64,000 nucleotides of DNA, taken from contig CAWDTA010000002.1 in NCBI GenBank assembly GCA_963805085.1, positions 1,600,001 through 1,664,000 on the forward strand, read 5' to 3'. A program made the translations under genes and the position numbers. This document shows positions 35,170 to 45,114 of the stretch, piece by piece. Below the pieces are notes generated by a model, which did not search any database, was not told the DNA's origin, and worked only from the letters and a program-made list of their open reading frames with translations. Numbering within the stretch: position 1 is the stretch's first letter; each line of letters opens with the position of its first letter. The stretch comes from an uncultured Veillonellaceae bacterium (GTDB lineage Bacteria; Bacillota; Negativicutes; JARBTT01).

Positions 35170-37560
35170 ATGAAAAAAACAGCAGCATTAGCATTTACGA
35201 TAGCTTTGGTCCTTGCTGGTGTACAGGTACAGGCCGCCAAGGCGCCTGTTGAGAAAACCACTGCAGACGGCTATGAACTTGTCGAAAATATGCATGGGCC
35301 GGAGCTGGGATATTCGAAAGATTCCGGGGTAAAGCTTCTGATCGTGGATGAAAAAGCCTTCAAGGATATGAACCGCAATGGTAAGCTTGATAAATTCGAG
35401 GACTGGCGCCTTACGCCGCAGCAACGTGCTGAGGATCTTGCCCAGCAAATCAGTATCGATCAGATTGCCGGTCTTATGCTCTATAGTATGCATCAGCGCA
35501 ATCTGCAGCCGGAGCTCAATGATGCGCAGAAACAAATGCTGAGCCAGGATAACGTGCGTACCGTACTGAATGCTGATACCGGGGCAAGCATTGAAACTAC
35601 GGCAAAATGGAACAATGCAATGCAGGCCTATACAGAAGCGCAGCCGTTTGCGATTCCGGTCAACACAAGCTCCGACCCGCGCAATGATGCGCGCGGCGAT
35701 GGTGTGTACCTCAAGGGAACGACGGGTGGTGTATCCCGCTGGCCGAGTAACCTGGGGCTCGCGGCAACTTTTGATTCGTCGATTGAAAAACACTTTGCTC
35801 AGGTCTATGCGAAAGAATACCGTGCTATGGGCATAGGTACAGGGCTTTCACCGCAGATTGACTTAGCAACTGATCCACGTTGGCCGCGGTTCTATGGCAC
35901 ATTCGGTGAAGATCCGGCACTTTCCCGGGATATGGCCCGGGCCTCGATTGATGGTGCACAGTCCACAGTGGACGCAGTAGGGAAAGATCTTGGCTGGGGC
36001 AAGAATAGCATCAATGCCATGATGAAGCATTGGCCAGGCGATGGTGTCAGTGAAGGCGGTCGCGAAGCACATTCGAAATATGGAAAATATGCGGTTTATC
36101 TGGGAAATAATTTTCAGACACAGCTGATCCCATTTGTTGAAGGTGGCCTGAAGCTTGATGGCAAGACAAAAGTGCCAAGTGCCGTGATGTCGTCGTACTC
36201 GATTGCCTGGTCCGATGATGGTTCGTTGGGAGAAAAAGTTGGCAGCGCTTATAGCAAGTATAAATTGGATCTTTTGCGCAACAAATACAAATATGATGGC
36301 GTTATCTGTACGGATTGGGGTGTCACGCATTCACCGGGTGAGGGCGTAGCTGGTCTTTCCATGGCATGGGGCGTTGAAGATGGTTATACGGAAGCCGAAC
36401 GTCACTATAAAGCCCTCATGGCCGGTGTTGATCAGTTCGGTGGTAACAATGTGAAGCAGCCGGTGCTTGATGCCTATGCGATGGGCATAAAAGAACATGG
36501 CGAAGCCTTTATGCAGAAGCGTTTCCGTACATCCGCTACTCGTTTGCTGCGCAATATTTTCCAACTTGGTCTGTTTGAAAATCCGTATCTTGATGTACAG
36601 CAGAGTGTAGCGACTGTCGGCAATGCAGCCGATTTAGCAGCAGGCTATGATGCCCAGCTCAAATCCATCGTCATGCTCAAGAATAAGGGGGGCGTGATTC
36701 ATGCTGCAGCTGGTCAGGAAGTACAGAAACCAACGGTGTACATTCCGATGGTGTACCGGCCAGTGATTGTCAATAAACGTTTTGAAACCTATACCGCAGC
36801 GAACTGGAGTCTGCCAGTGAATCTTGCCGTTGCTCAGCAGTATTTCAACGTCGTGACAGACAGTGTTCCTTCACTTAGTGAGAAAGATAAGGATGGGAAA
36901 CCGATGGCTGATGTGCAGGATATTGTGCGTCTCAATCCAGTAGAAGTTGCAAAATGTGATGCTGTGCTGGCTGTGGTTGATACTCCGACCCCAGAGGGCA
37001 ACAATTTTGATGGTATTGGTTATGCCGATGATGAGGGCTATATTCCAATCTCTTTGCAATATGGTAAATATACGGCAGACTCCGCTGCTGTACGCAAGAC
37101 CTCTATTGCAGGAGATCCGGGCGAAAATCGGTCCTATTATGGAAAAACGGCACGTACCATCAATTCACATGATCTCGATGGTGTAGTTTATGGTCGTGAT
37201 TGTGCGGCAAAGTCTGGTAAAAAGATGCCGATCATCACGCTGGTCAAAGCAATGAAGCCGATGATCTTCAGTGAGATTGAGCCGCTTTCGGATGCTATTC
37301 TTATGGGATTCAGTGTCAGTGATCAGGCGTACTTTGATATCCTTACCGGCAAGACCGAGGCGCAGGGGCTTTTGCCAATGCAGCAGCCGAAGGATATGAT
37401 CACCGTAGAAACACAACTGGAGGATGTACCACGAGACATGGTATGCTATAAAGACAGCGAAGGGCACAGCTATGACTTTGCTTACGGCATGAATTGGAAG
37501 GGTGTCATCAATGATGCAAGAACTGCAAAATATAATGTGTCGGTGCTCAAAGCAAAATAA
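35170..37560 (+). CDS. Secreted GH3 beta-glucosidase
   Basis: TFGEDP, MKHWPG, ICTDW nucleophile, SIVMLKN; signal peptide. Confidence 0.9.
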   Translation: MKKTAALAFTIALVLAGVQVQAAKAPVEKTTADGYELVENMHGPELGYSKDSGVKLLIVDEKAFKDMNRNGKLDKFEDWRLTPQQRAEDLAQQISIDQIAGLMLYSMHQRNLQPELNDAQKQMLSQDNVRTVLNADTGASIETTAKWNNAMQAYTEAQPFAIPVNTSSDPRNDARGDGVYLKGTTGGVSRWPSNLGLAATFDSSIEKHFAQVYAKEYRAMGIGTGLSPQIDLATDPRWPRFYGTFGEDPALSRDMARASIDGAQSTVDAVGKDLGWGKNSINAMMKHWPGDGVSEGGREAHSKYGKYAVYLGNNFQTQLIPFVEGGLKLDGKTKVPSAVMSSYSIAWSDDGSLGEKVGSAYSKYKLDLLRNKYKYDGVICTDWGVTHSPGEGVAGLSMAWGVEDGYTEAERHYKALMAGVDQFGGNNVKQPVLDAYAMGIKEHGEAFMQKRFRTSATRLLRNIFQLGLFENPYLDVQQSVATVGNAADLAAGYDAQLKSIVMLKNKGGVIHAAAGQEVQKPTVYIPMVYRPVIVNKRFETYTAANWSLPVNLAVAQQYFNVVTDSVPSLSEKDKDGKPMADVQDIVRLNPVEVAKCDAVLAVVDTPTPEGNNFDGIGYADDEGYIPISLQYGKYTADSAAVRKTSIAGDPGENRSYYGKTARTINSHDLDGVVYGRDCAAKSGKKMPIITLVKAMKPMIFSEIEPLSDAILMGFSVSDQAYFDILTGKTEAQGLLPMQQPKDMITVETQLEDVPRDMVCYKDSEGHSYDFAYGMNWKGVINDARTAKYNVSVLKAK

Positions 37561-37622
37561 AGGTTGATTTCTGGTATTCAGTTTTGGCGGTTTGCAGTTG
37601 TTGGATTGCAAACCGCCATTTT

Positions 37623-37688
37623 TAGGCTCTATAATAAATGTTGCAACCTTGATTTTCATCAAGACCACAACATCTATTATAGAGCCTA
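37623..37688. repeat. 66-bp palindromic mini-element with ISL3-like GGCTCT ends
   Basis: TAGGCTCTATAATA...TATTATAGAGCCTA with inner stems. Confidence 0.55.
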
Positions 37689-38264
37689 GAGTATGGAGAA
37701 TTGGCAAAAGCCATCATTTAAAATGTTGGCGGGAAAGAAAATGTAATATCGTTAGCGCACTGTTATACGAGATTGCGTTTCAAATTACATGATGAAAAGA
37801 AAACGGCGACAGAGGCTATTGATACAAACCGTATCTATATCGGCGGAGATTCCAATGGTGGGTATATGACAATGCTAATGATTCGCGATTATCCAGAGTA
37901 TTTCACAGCGGCTTTTCCGACTTGTGAAGCTTTGCGAGATAATCTCATCACAGATAGCGATATCCAGAAGATGAAGGAAGTGCCGATTTGGTTCACGGCG
38001 GCTAAAACTGATGGGGTCGTACCACCAGACAAATATGTAGTACCTACTTATAAACGCTTGTTAGCTGCCGGAGCGAAGAATGTACAGTTCAGTTTCTTTG
38101 ATAAGGTCCGCGATACGACGGGGTTATACAAACAAGCAAATGGAAAACCGTTCGAGTATAACGGACACTGGTCTTGGATATACGTTTACAACAATGAAGG
38201 TATAAGTACGATTGATGGTCGTGAAATTACGCTTATGGAATGGCTTGCTACGCAGCATAAATAA
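37689..38264 (+). pseudogene. Chimeric remnant: bglF EIIB fragment fused in frame to the C-terminal half of an esterase paralog
   Basis: [37 protein letters not shown] joined to RIYIGGDSNGG...GHWSW. Confidence 0.85.
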
Positions 38265-38557
38265 TATATAGTTAAATGTAATCTCTTATAGTTAAACTCA
38301 TAGCTCAGCTCTTCTATTTTGTGAAAGCTGGGCTATTTTGATTACAATAAATTATAATAATGGAGTAGATATTTTTGTTTAAAGTCTTAATGCAGAATAA
38401 AATCTAAATTTAACTTCACCTCAAAATTAAGTACTTACAAAAAAGTAGGTAATTGTCTAGGGCTAATCGTGGTATTATAATAAGATTATAGCCAAAGATA
38501 AAGCAGTAGAAAATTGGATGAACTGATAACAAGATAAGCTTTGCGAGGGAGGATATT

Positions 38558-38959
38558 TTGAAAATAAGGGAAAAATATACTTGTCCATTAGAATTAACAC
38601 TTGATATGATATCAGGAAAATGGAAGCCTATTATCATGTGGAGACTTCGTTTGGGGAATCAGCAGCTTTCGACGTTACATAGAGATATCCATGGGGTCAA
38701 TCAAAAGATGCTCATACAGCATTTAAGTGAATTGGTCGATTGTGGAATCGTCAATAAGAAAGTGTATGAAGGCTATCCGCTAAAGGTAGAGTATTTCCTT
38801 ACTGAGCTTGGTTGGAAATTTATGAAGGGATTAGAACTCTTTCAGAACATCGGCCAAGAAATACTAGGCGGGGATGCAACATTACCCTCTTTGATCAATG
38901 AGCTTAAGAGGGCAAAAAGAAAATATCCAAGCAGTGTAAATTCTTCATATAGTAGTTAA
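38558..38959 (+). CDS. HxlR-family regulator
   Basis: CPLELTLDMISGKWK, KVEYFLT. Confidence 0.9.
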   Translation: MKIREKYTCPLELTLDMISGKWKPIIMWRLRLGNQQLSTLHRDIHGVNQKMLIQHLSELVDCGIVNKKVYEGYPLKVEYFLTELGWKFMKGLELFQNIGQEILGGDATLPSLINELKRAKRKYPSSVNSSYSS

Positions 38960-39001
38960 GTTGTATGGTACTTATTAAAATAGTGAGAGGATGAATGTAA
39001 A

Positions 39002-39547
39002 ATGGTATTGATTCATTTAGCAGACGGTTTTGAAGAAATTGAGGCAATTAGTGTGATTGATGTTTTACGCAGAGCAGAAATTGAGGTGAAAACAGTTTCA
39101 ATCATGGGGAAAAGAGAAGTGCTAGGCGCGCATAATATTATGGTGATGGCTGATGTTTTATATGAAGATGTTGATTATGCAGGTGCGGATATGATCATAT
39201 TGCCAGGTGGTGGCGTGGGAACACAAAACCTAGATAAACATGCTGGTTTAAATGAACAGTTATTATTAGCAGTAAAGCAAGGGAAATGGGTTACAGCAAT
39301 CTGCGCAGCACCAACTGTTTTGGGCAGATTAGGCATTCTCAAAGGGAAGAAAGCTACTTGTTATCCAGGCTGTGAGCAGGCTTTAGAAGGCGCAGATGTA
39401 AGTTTGCCAGATAGTTCAATCGTTGATGGTAAGATTATTACTTCACGTGGACCTGGGACTTCACTACATTTTGCATTCACAATCGTAGAAGTGTTGAAAG
39501 GTGCAGAAATGGCAAATACGTTAAGAAAGCAAATGATTATTGGATAA
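39002..39547 (+). CDS. DJ-1/YajL (ThiJ) family glyoxalase/deglycase
   Basis: GFEEIEA, LPGG, AICAAP, TSRGPG. Confidence 0.9.
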   Translation: MVLIHLADGFEEIEAISVIDVLRRAEIEVKTVSIMGKREVLGAHNIMVMADVLYEDVDYAGADMIILPGGGVGTQNLDKHAGLNEQLLLAVKQGKWVTAICAAPTVLGRLGILKGKKATCYPGCEQALEGADVSLPDSSIVDGKIITSRGPGTSLHFAFTIVEVLKGAEMANTLRKQMIIG

Positions 39548-39642
39548 AATGCTGCTTTAAGGGAAGGTTTCGTAAGGTGTTGCAGTCCCTTAAATTTATC
39601 AGTGTATATTCTTCAATGTTTTACCTAGCTAGCATATAAATG

Positions 39643-39741
39643 GAGACTTAATTCAGACAAATTTTAATACCGCCTGAATTGTAGTCGTAATTATCTAGGG
39701 GAAAACGCGAGCGTACTAGAGCGGTTTAGTCATCGGATAAA
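39643..39741. repeat. Degenerate small interspersed repeat
   Basis: AATTCAG/CTGAATT stem and ...TAGAGCGG..TAGTCATCGGATAAA end; resembles a clostridial intergenic repeat (recognised from memory only). Confidence 0.35.
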
Positions 39742-39760
39742 TAGTAGGAGTTTACAATTT

Positions 39761-40639
39761 GTGAAAAAATATAAAAAAATTTATTTGGAAATAACTAATG
39801 TATGCAATTTAAAATGTGATTTTTGTCCAGAGACCAAGCGGAAAGCTGAATTTATGGCAGAAGATACATTCAGATACATTCTAGATCAAATCAAACCATT
39901 TACGGATTATATTTACTTGCATGTAAAGGGCGAACCATTGTTGCACTCTGCTTTGGACAAATTTTTAGATATCAGTGCCGTAAAAGGGTTTAAAGTAAAC
40001 ATTACGACAAATGGTACCTTAATCGATAGAGTCGTCGATACTTTACTCGTAAAACCTGCACTTAGGCAAATTAATTTTTCCTTGCATAGTTTTGATAGCA
40101 ATCAACAAGAGGTATCAAAAGATGACTATATTGATAGTGTTTTAAACTTTTCTCGCAGAGCCGCTTTAGAGTCAAATCTCATTCTATCCTTGCGATTATG
40201 GAATTTAGAGGAAGCTTTATTAACCGAGGATCAAAGAAAAAGAAATTTAGATATTATTCATAAAATTGAAGAACACTTTCAATTGCCTTATCAAGTGCAG
40301 GGGAATTTATCGGAGGGCAAGGCCTTGAAACTAGGAAAGCGTGTATATTTGAATCAGGATTATGAATTTCAATGGCCAGATTTAAAGGCAGAAGAGAATT
40401 TTGCGAAAGGCTCTTGCTATGGGTTAAGAAATCAAGTTGCTATTTTAGTGGATGGCACAGTTGTCCCTTGCTGTCTTGATGGCGAAGGCATCATTGATTT
40501 AGGGAATATTCATCAAGAGAAGTTTTCTGATATTATCTATGGAGAAAGAGCAGAGAGTATCAGACAGGGATTTTGTAATCATACTGTGGTTGAAGAACTT
40601 TGTAGAAAATGTGGTTATAGGAAAAAATTTAGTAAATAG
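39761..40639 (+). CDS. Radical SAM/SPASM-twitch protein
   Basis: CNLKCDFC, KGEP, CYG...VVPCC...CRKC. Confidence 0.9.
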   Translation: MKKYKKIYLEITNVCNLKCDFCPETKRKAEFMAEDTFRYILDQIKPFTDYIYLHVKGEPLLHSALDKFLDISAVKGFKVNITTNGTLIDRVVDTLLVKPALRQINFSLHSFDSNQQEVSKDDYIDSVLNFSRRAALESNLILSLRLWNLEEALLTEDQRKRNLDIIHKIEEHFQLPYQVQGNLSEGKALKLGKRVYLNQDYEFQWPDLKAEENFAKGSCYGLRNQVAILVDGTVVPCCLDGEGIIDLGNIHQEKFSDIIYGERAESIRQGFCNHTVVEELCRKCGYRKKFSK

Positions 40640-40670
40640 TGTTGGTGACATGGCTTTATAGGCAATAGCG

Positions 40671-40715
40671 AAACAGGCATAATTACATGAACATCATGTA
40701 ATTATGCCTGTTTTT
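40671..40715. terminator. Bidirectional terminator
   Basis: AAACAGGCATAATTACATGA/TCATGTAATTATGCCTGTTT between convergent genes. Confidence 0.8.
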
Positions 40716-40748
40716 TAGAATTTTGGCAGAAATGTAGTGAGCAGAATA

Positions 40749-41873
40749 TCACTTATTTTTACAACTGAGGGAATTATGTCTCTTTGGATTTTTCATCAGC
40801 TTCCTTAGATAACAGACAATCAATGCAATGAAGGGCACAATGATTTGTATCGGAAAATTAATGCGGAGAGGATTTACTTTTAGCCCTATGATAATGTGCT
40901 CTGGGTAATTTTTTGCGATGAGCATGGAAATGATCACAATTGCTATACCAAAAGGTATTGCCAGATATTTCGGGTCTTTTAACTTTATCAGCTGAGATGT
41001 CCCCAACATGGCTGCATAGGTAAGAAGACTTACTTTAAAGAAACCGCCTATTATCATAGTGATAACTACAAATATGTCCAATTTACTCAAAAAACCTAGT
41101 TGTATAAGACGTGTGGAATCAAAAAAAGGAAATAAGGTCGAAGTTGCACCTATTATGCCTAAGCTAACAATAAACATAATTGTATTTAGGGAAAGAAAGA
41201 TCCCCAAAAATAGGACGGCAAGTAGCGACATTTTTCGTACTTTGGTGGGATCATTGACAGCGGAGTAGAACATAGTGAAGATAATGGTCTCACCGTAAGG
41301 AAAGGTAACAAGCAGCCAGCCATCTTTTATGAGGGAGGGGAGGTCTTTTTCAAGAAAAGGTTTTAAATTTTGAAATTTTACCACATCGGGTGTTGCAGAT
41401 AGTGATAGAAATAATACAATAAAGATAACAATCCATAGCGGTAGTATGAGCTCAGCTGCCCGTGAAATATTTTCCACACCAGAAAATGCCCCATAGACAA
41501 AAATTACGGTCAATGTTATGGCGATTATAAGTGGGAGCATATCAGGCATTGAGCTAATCAGTATGAGTTCTGTAAAGTCTCTGATGATTCTCCCTGCTTG
41601 ATAGGTAAAATATATAATATATAGGATACTCACAAGAGAGCCTATATATATGCCAAAAATTTTAGGCATATAGGTAACAATTGTATCATTAGGGTATTGA
41701 TAAAATAGTTTTATATACATAAGCTGTTCTATTATACCTACTGGTATATAAAAAAGTAGTACCAGCCATGCATCCTGTTTTGCATCAGGCGTGAGAAAAA
41801 AAAGTACAGAACTGCCAAATGAAAATAATATCATAGCTGCAAAGAACTGATATGGAGATATTTTTGTTTCCAT
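40749..41873 (-). CDS. Spore germination receptor subunit B (GerAB/KB family)
   Basis: Multi-TM, AKQDAW, GVENISR, FPYGE. Confidence 0.9.
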   Translation of the reverse strand: METKISPYQFFAAMILFSFGSSVLFFLTPDAKQDAWLVLLFYIPVGIIEQLMYIKLFYQYPNDTIVTYMPKIFGIYIGSLVSILYIIYFTYQAGRIIRDFTELILISSMPDMLPLIIAITLTVIFVYGAFSGVENISRAAELILPLWIVIFIVLFLSLSATPDVVKFQNLKPFLEKDLPSLIKDGWLLVTFPYGETIIFTMFYSAVNDPTKVRKMSLLAVLFLGIFLSLNTIMFIVSLGIIGATSTLFPFFDSTRLIQLGFLSKLDIFVVITMIIGGFFKVSLLTYAAMLGTSQLIKLKDPKYLAIPFGIAIVIISMLIAKNYPEHIIIGLKVNPLRINFPIQIIVPFIALIVCYLRKLMKNPKRHNSLSCKNK

Positions 41874-41886
41874 AGTTAGCCTCCGG

Positions 41887-43041
41887 TTAATAGGTCGGTT
41901 TAGTTATTACCCCTATCCTTTTTATACTAGAATGTACTTCGATTTCTACCTCAAGTTCAGGCAAAACTTTGCTCCAATTTCCCTCTAAGTCTTTCCATTC
42001 CTTAGGATAGTCCCTGTGTATTGTTTCACCAAAGTCAAAGATATCTGTATTGAAGGTCGTTTGCGCTGCATATAAGGCTTTCTCCACTTCTTTCTTAATG
42101 ATTTCATTTTCCATTTGTTCAAACTCTGCTAGTATTTCGGGATTTTTCATAGGATCAAAGTCTCCGGTCATATCCGCTATAGTTCCTGTATTGTGGATGA
42201 TGATCTGTATTAGGGGCTTATTATCTTTCATGATAGGCTTTACCGTACTATGTGCAGAAACAAGCTTTATTGTTATCTTATCTTTATTAGATACCGGGAT
42301 TATAATATTTCTCATTCTAACCTTATTTCGTATCCACTGAACGCCCCTTATTTCTTCTTCACCCATTATATATCCCGCAAATGTATCTTTTTTAAATACC
42401 GCAATTCCTATCATGTTAAATACTTTATCCTTTTGTTCATTTTCACGCAGACTAATAACTCCTGCCATGGGTGATGCCGTTTTGCTGCCTAATGATGTGA
42501 AAAATTCTATACTATTAATGACAGGGATATAGCCATAGCTTGATTGTAATTTTAATATGTCATTAATGGCATTCGCAGGAACCGGATCTTCTGGCGTTGT
42601 TGTTTTTATTATTTCAGCCGCCTTGCCATTTGTAACAAGGATGGCTATATTCGTGTGAATTTCATAGCTTCTTATAATAAAATCAATAAGTTCAGCGACT
42701 CCTGCTTTTGCCATATCTTCACCGATTACGATAAATTTTACATGTGCTAATACTAACTTCTTACCTAATTGTTTTGACAAATGTTCTAAGGCATCAGGTA
42801 CGGTATTCCCGGTACTGGTTAATACTAGGACATCGGTTTGCTGCTTATCGCCCTTACCTTCACCAGAAGACTGTTTGGTTGTTTTTAATACCTGCGTAGA
42901 TACCATATATTTACCATCCTCTGTAATATCAATACCAAAGGTTGTTGCTATAGCTAATTCCTCAATCTCAGTTTTTGACCTACAACCTACGGATAAAAAC
43001 ATCATCATAAGAATGATAAAAAATGCAATTATTTTTTTCAT
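41887..43041 (-). CDS. Spore germination receptor subunit C (GerAC/KC lipoprotein)
   Basis: Lipobox SVGC, EIEELAI..GID, DIFDFGE. Confidence 0.9.
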   Translation of the reverse strand: MKKIIAFFIILMMMFLSVGCRSKTEIEELAIATTFGIDITEDGKYMVSTQVLKTTKQSSGEGKGDKQQTDVLVLTSTGNTVPDALEHLSKQLGKKLVLAHVKFIVIGEDMAKAGVAELIDFIIRSYEIHTNIAILVTNGKAAEIIKTTTPEDPVPANAINDILKLQSSYGYIPVINSIEFFTSLGSKTASPMAGVISLRENEQKDKVFNMIGIAVFKKDTFAGYIMGEEEIRGVQWIRNKVRMRNIIIPVSNKDKITIKLVSAHSTVKPIMKDNKPLIQIIIHNTGTIADMTGDFDPMKNPEILAEFEQMENEIIKKEVEKALYAAQTTFNTDIFDFGETIHRDYPKEWKDLEGNWSKVLPELEVEIEVHSSIKRIGVITKPTY

Positions 43042-43073
43042 GGGGGACTCCTTTTCTTATTTCCCTAGATGGT

Positions 43074-44717
43074 TTACCTTGGCTTTTTGCGTGTGGATTG
43101 ATTTCTAGTAATAAGTTTTGAACGTTTCAGCACAGACCAAAAGGGTGCTCTTACCATAACGTCGGAAAGCTCATTTTTCATAAGAGGCGCCAATGGAGCC
43201 ATATAGGGAACACCAAAAGATCGGGCAGATATCATATTCACAAACAAGATCATCATACCGCCGATAAGACCTAGCATACCTAAAGTTCCACCTAAGAATA
43301 GGAACATAAAGCGAGGCGTCATGAGATAAATATTCATCTCGGGAGTAGGTGTTGTTAAAGCAGCTATCGCTGAGAGAGCAACTACAATAACGGTAAGAGT
43401 GCTTACTAAGCCTGCCTCAACAGCGGCTTGACCTAACACCAGTGCACCAACAATACTTACAGCTGGTCCTATTACTCTTGGCATTCTAATACCCGCTTCT
43501 TTCAATATTGCATAGGCAAATAACATGGCAATGCATTCCCACATTACAGGAAGGGGAACTCCGGCCCGAGATTTTATTAGGGTAGTGACTAAATCGTAGG
43601 GAATTAGTTCCTGATGAAAGGTTAATAACGCCACATAAAAGCCGGGAAGTGTGAGTGTCAGAAAAAATGCTATAGACCGAATCCAGCGAGTCAGTGTGCC
43701 GGACATATATTTCAAGTAATAATCATCAGTCGCTTTCATAGAATCTACAAAAAGATAGGGAACAACTAACACAATAGGCGTTCCATCGGTGATAATAGCA
43801 ACATAGCCTTCTACGAGTTTTCCAACTACAATATCTGGTCTCTCTGTGCGAAATATGGTGGGGAAAATAAAAAAAGGACTGTCTTCGATATATTCTTCAA
43901 TGTAGGTATTAGCTAGTACAGCATCAATATCAATTTTATTCAACCGTTCTCTTACCTCGTTAACGATTTTATCATGGGCAATGCCTTTGAGATAGCAGAT
44001 ACTAACATCTGTTTTGGTTTGCCTGCCAATCTGAAAAGGTTCAACTTTGAAGTTAATATTTTTAATTCTTTTTCTGATTAAGCCGATATTTGTCTGTCTG
44101 GATTCAATAAATGCTTCTCGCGGACCACGTAGAGAAGTTTCAGTGTCTGGAATAGTGACACTTCTTGAAGGGGGATTTTTAAAATCAATTGTCAAGGCAG
44201 CATTGACACCATTGATAAATATGACGACTTTACTCTCTAATATCGCGTTGAGTGCCTCGTCCATTTTTTTGTAGATATCCTCAGGGCGTATTCCAAGTAA
44301 ATATTGCACATAGTCCTTGATATTAGGCATATGCGTAGTATCGGCAGGTTGACTAACTAATTTTTTTACAATGGCTTCTTCGAGGAGGTCTTGCTTTACC
44401 ATTCCATCTAGATAGACAAGCATTGCACTATAGTCTTGATTACTGGTTATTTTAATTTCCCTTAGTATGATATCTGAGCAGTTTTTAAATATATTTCTTA
44501 TATATTGTTCATTCGCTTTTAATTTAGGTAATACGGATTGAGCTTCGATTTCCGAAGATCGTAATTGCTCGCTGTCAGAGATGCTATTTTCCTTAGTATC
44601 AGTACTACCTGTCATTAAATTTTTCAATGATTCTAGTATGGAGCTGCTTTTTGAGTTGGAATCTGGCGGTTCACTAGCTGAAGTTTTTTCATGATGAGGA
44701 AGCCTTTTTTTTGTCAT
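43074..44717 (-). CDS. Spore germination receptor subunit A (GerAA/KA family)
   Basis: GPREAFIE, TERPD, EAGIRMP, IVGALVLGQAAVEAG, SFGVPY. Confidence 0.92.
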   Translation of the reverse strand: MTKKRLPHHEKTSASEPPDSNSKSSSILESLKNLMTGSTDTKENSISDSEQLRSSEIEAQSVLPKLKANEQYIRNIFKNCSDIILREIKITSNQDYSAMLVYLDGMVKQDLLEEAIVKKLVSQPADTTHMPNIKDYVQYLLGIRPEDIYKKMDEALNAILESKVVIFINGVNAALTIDFKNPPSRSVTIPDTETSLRGPREAFIESRQTNIGLIRKRIKNINFKVEPFQIGRQTKTDVSICYLKGIAHDKIVNEVRERLNKIDIDAVLANTYIEEYIEDSPFFIFPTIFRTERPDIVVGKLVEGYVAIITDGTPIVLVVPYLFVDSMKATDDYYLKYMSGTLTRWIRSIAFFLTLTLPGFYVALLTFHQELIPYDLVTTLIKSRAGVPLPVMWECIAMLFAYAILKEAGIRMPRVIGPAVSIVGALVLGQAAVEAGLVSTLTVIVVALSAIAALTTPTPEMNIYLMTPRFMFLFLGGTLGMLGLIGGMMILFVNMISARSFGVPYMAPLAPLMKNELSDVMVRAPFWSVLKRSKLITRNQSTRKKPR

Positions 44718-45114
44718 AATTCTCCCCCTTCTCTTGTTAATCAATCAATAGAAAAGATATTTCATAGTATTTACATAGAATTCAAAAATAATCTTTCGCT
44801 AAATCTATTTAAAGCCCAAAATGATCACCAAGGTACAATAATCATACAAAATATTAGCTAGGGCGTTGTTTTTTTTTTAAGAAATGATATAATTTTCTAA
44901 AAGATATAGGTTGGCGCCTCGAATATATGCTGGGAGGTATCAGTGGTAGCATTGTCGCAATCTAGATGTGGAATTTTGAACTATGATCATATCCAGTTAT
45001 TCTTTATTACCCGGATGATACTTGCTTTAAAGGAATGGTGATAGTATAGAGATGATGATGAATCGAAAAATCGTAGATGAGCCTAAAAAAGCAATAAAGA
45101 GGCTGGAGGCTTCA

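Noticed and set aside
39761-40639. Radical SAM/SPASM as a RiPP maturase
   Set aside because: No RRE, precursor or exporter nearby; 34 kb from the lasso cluster.
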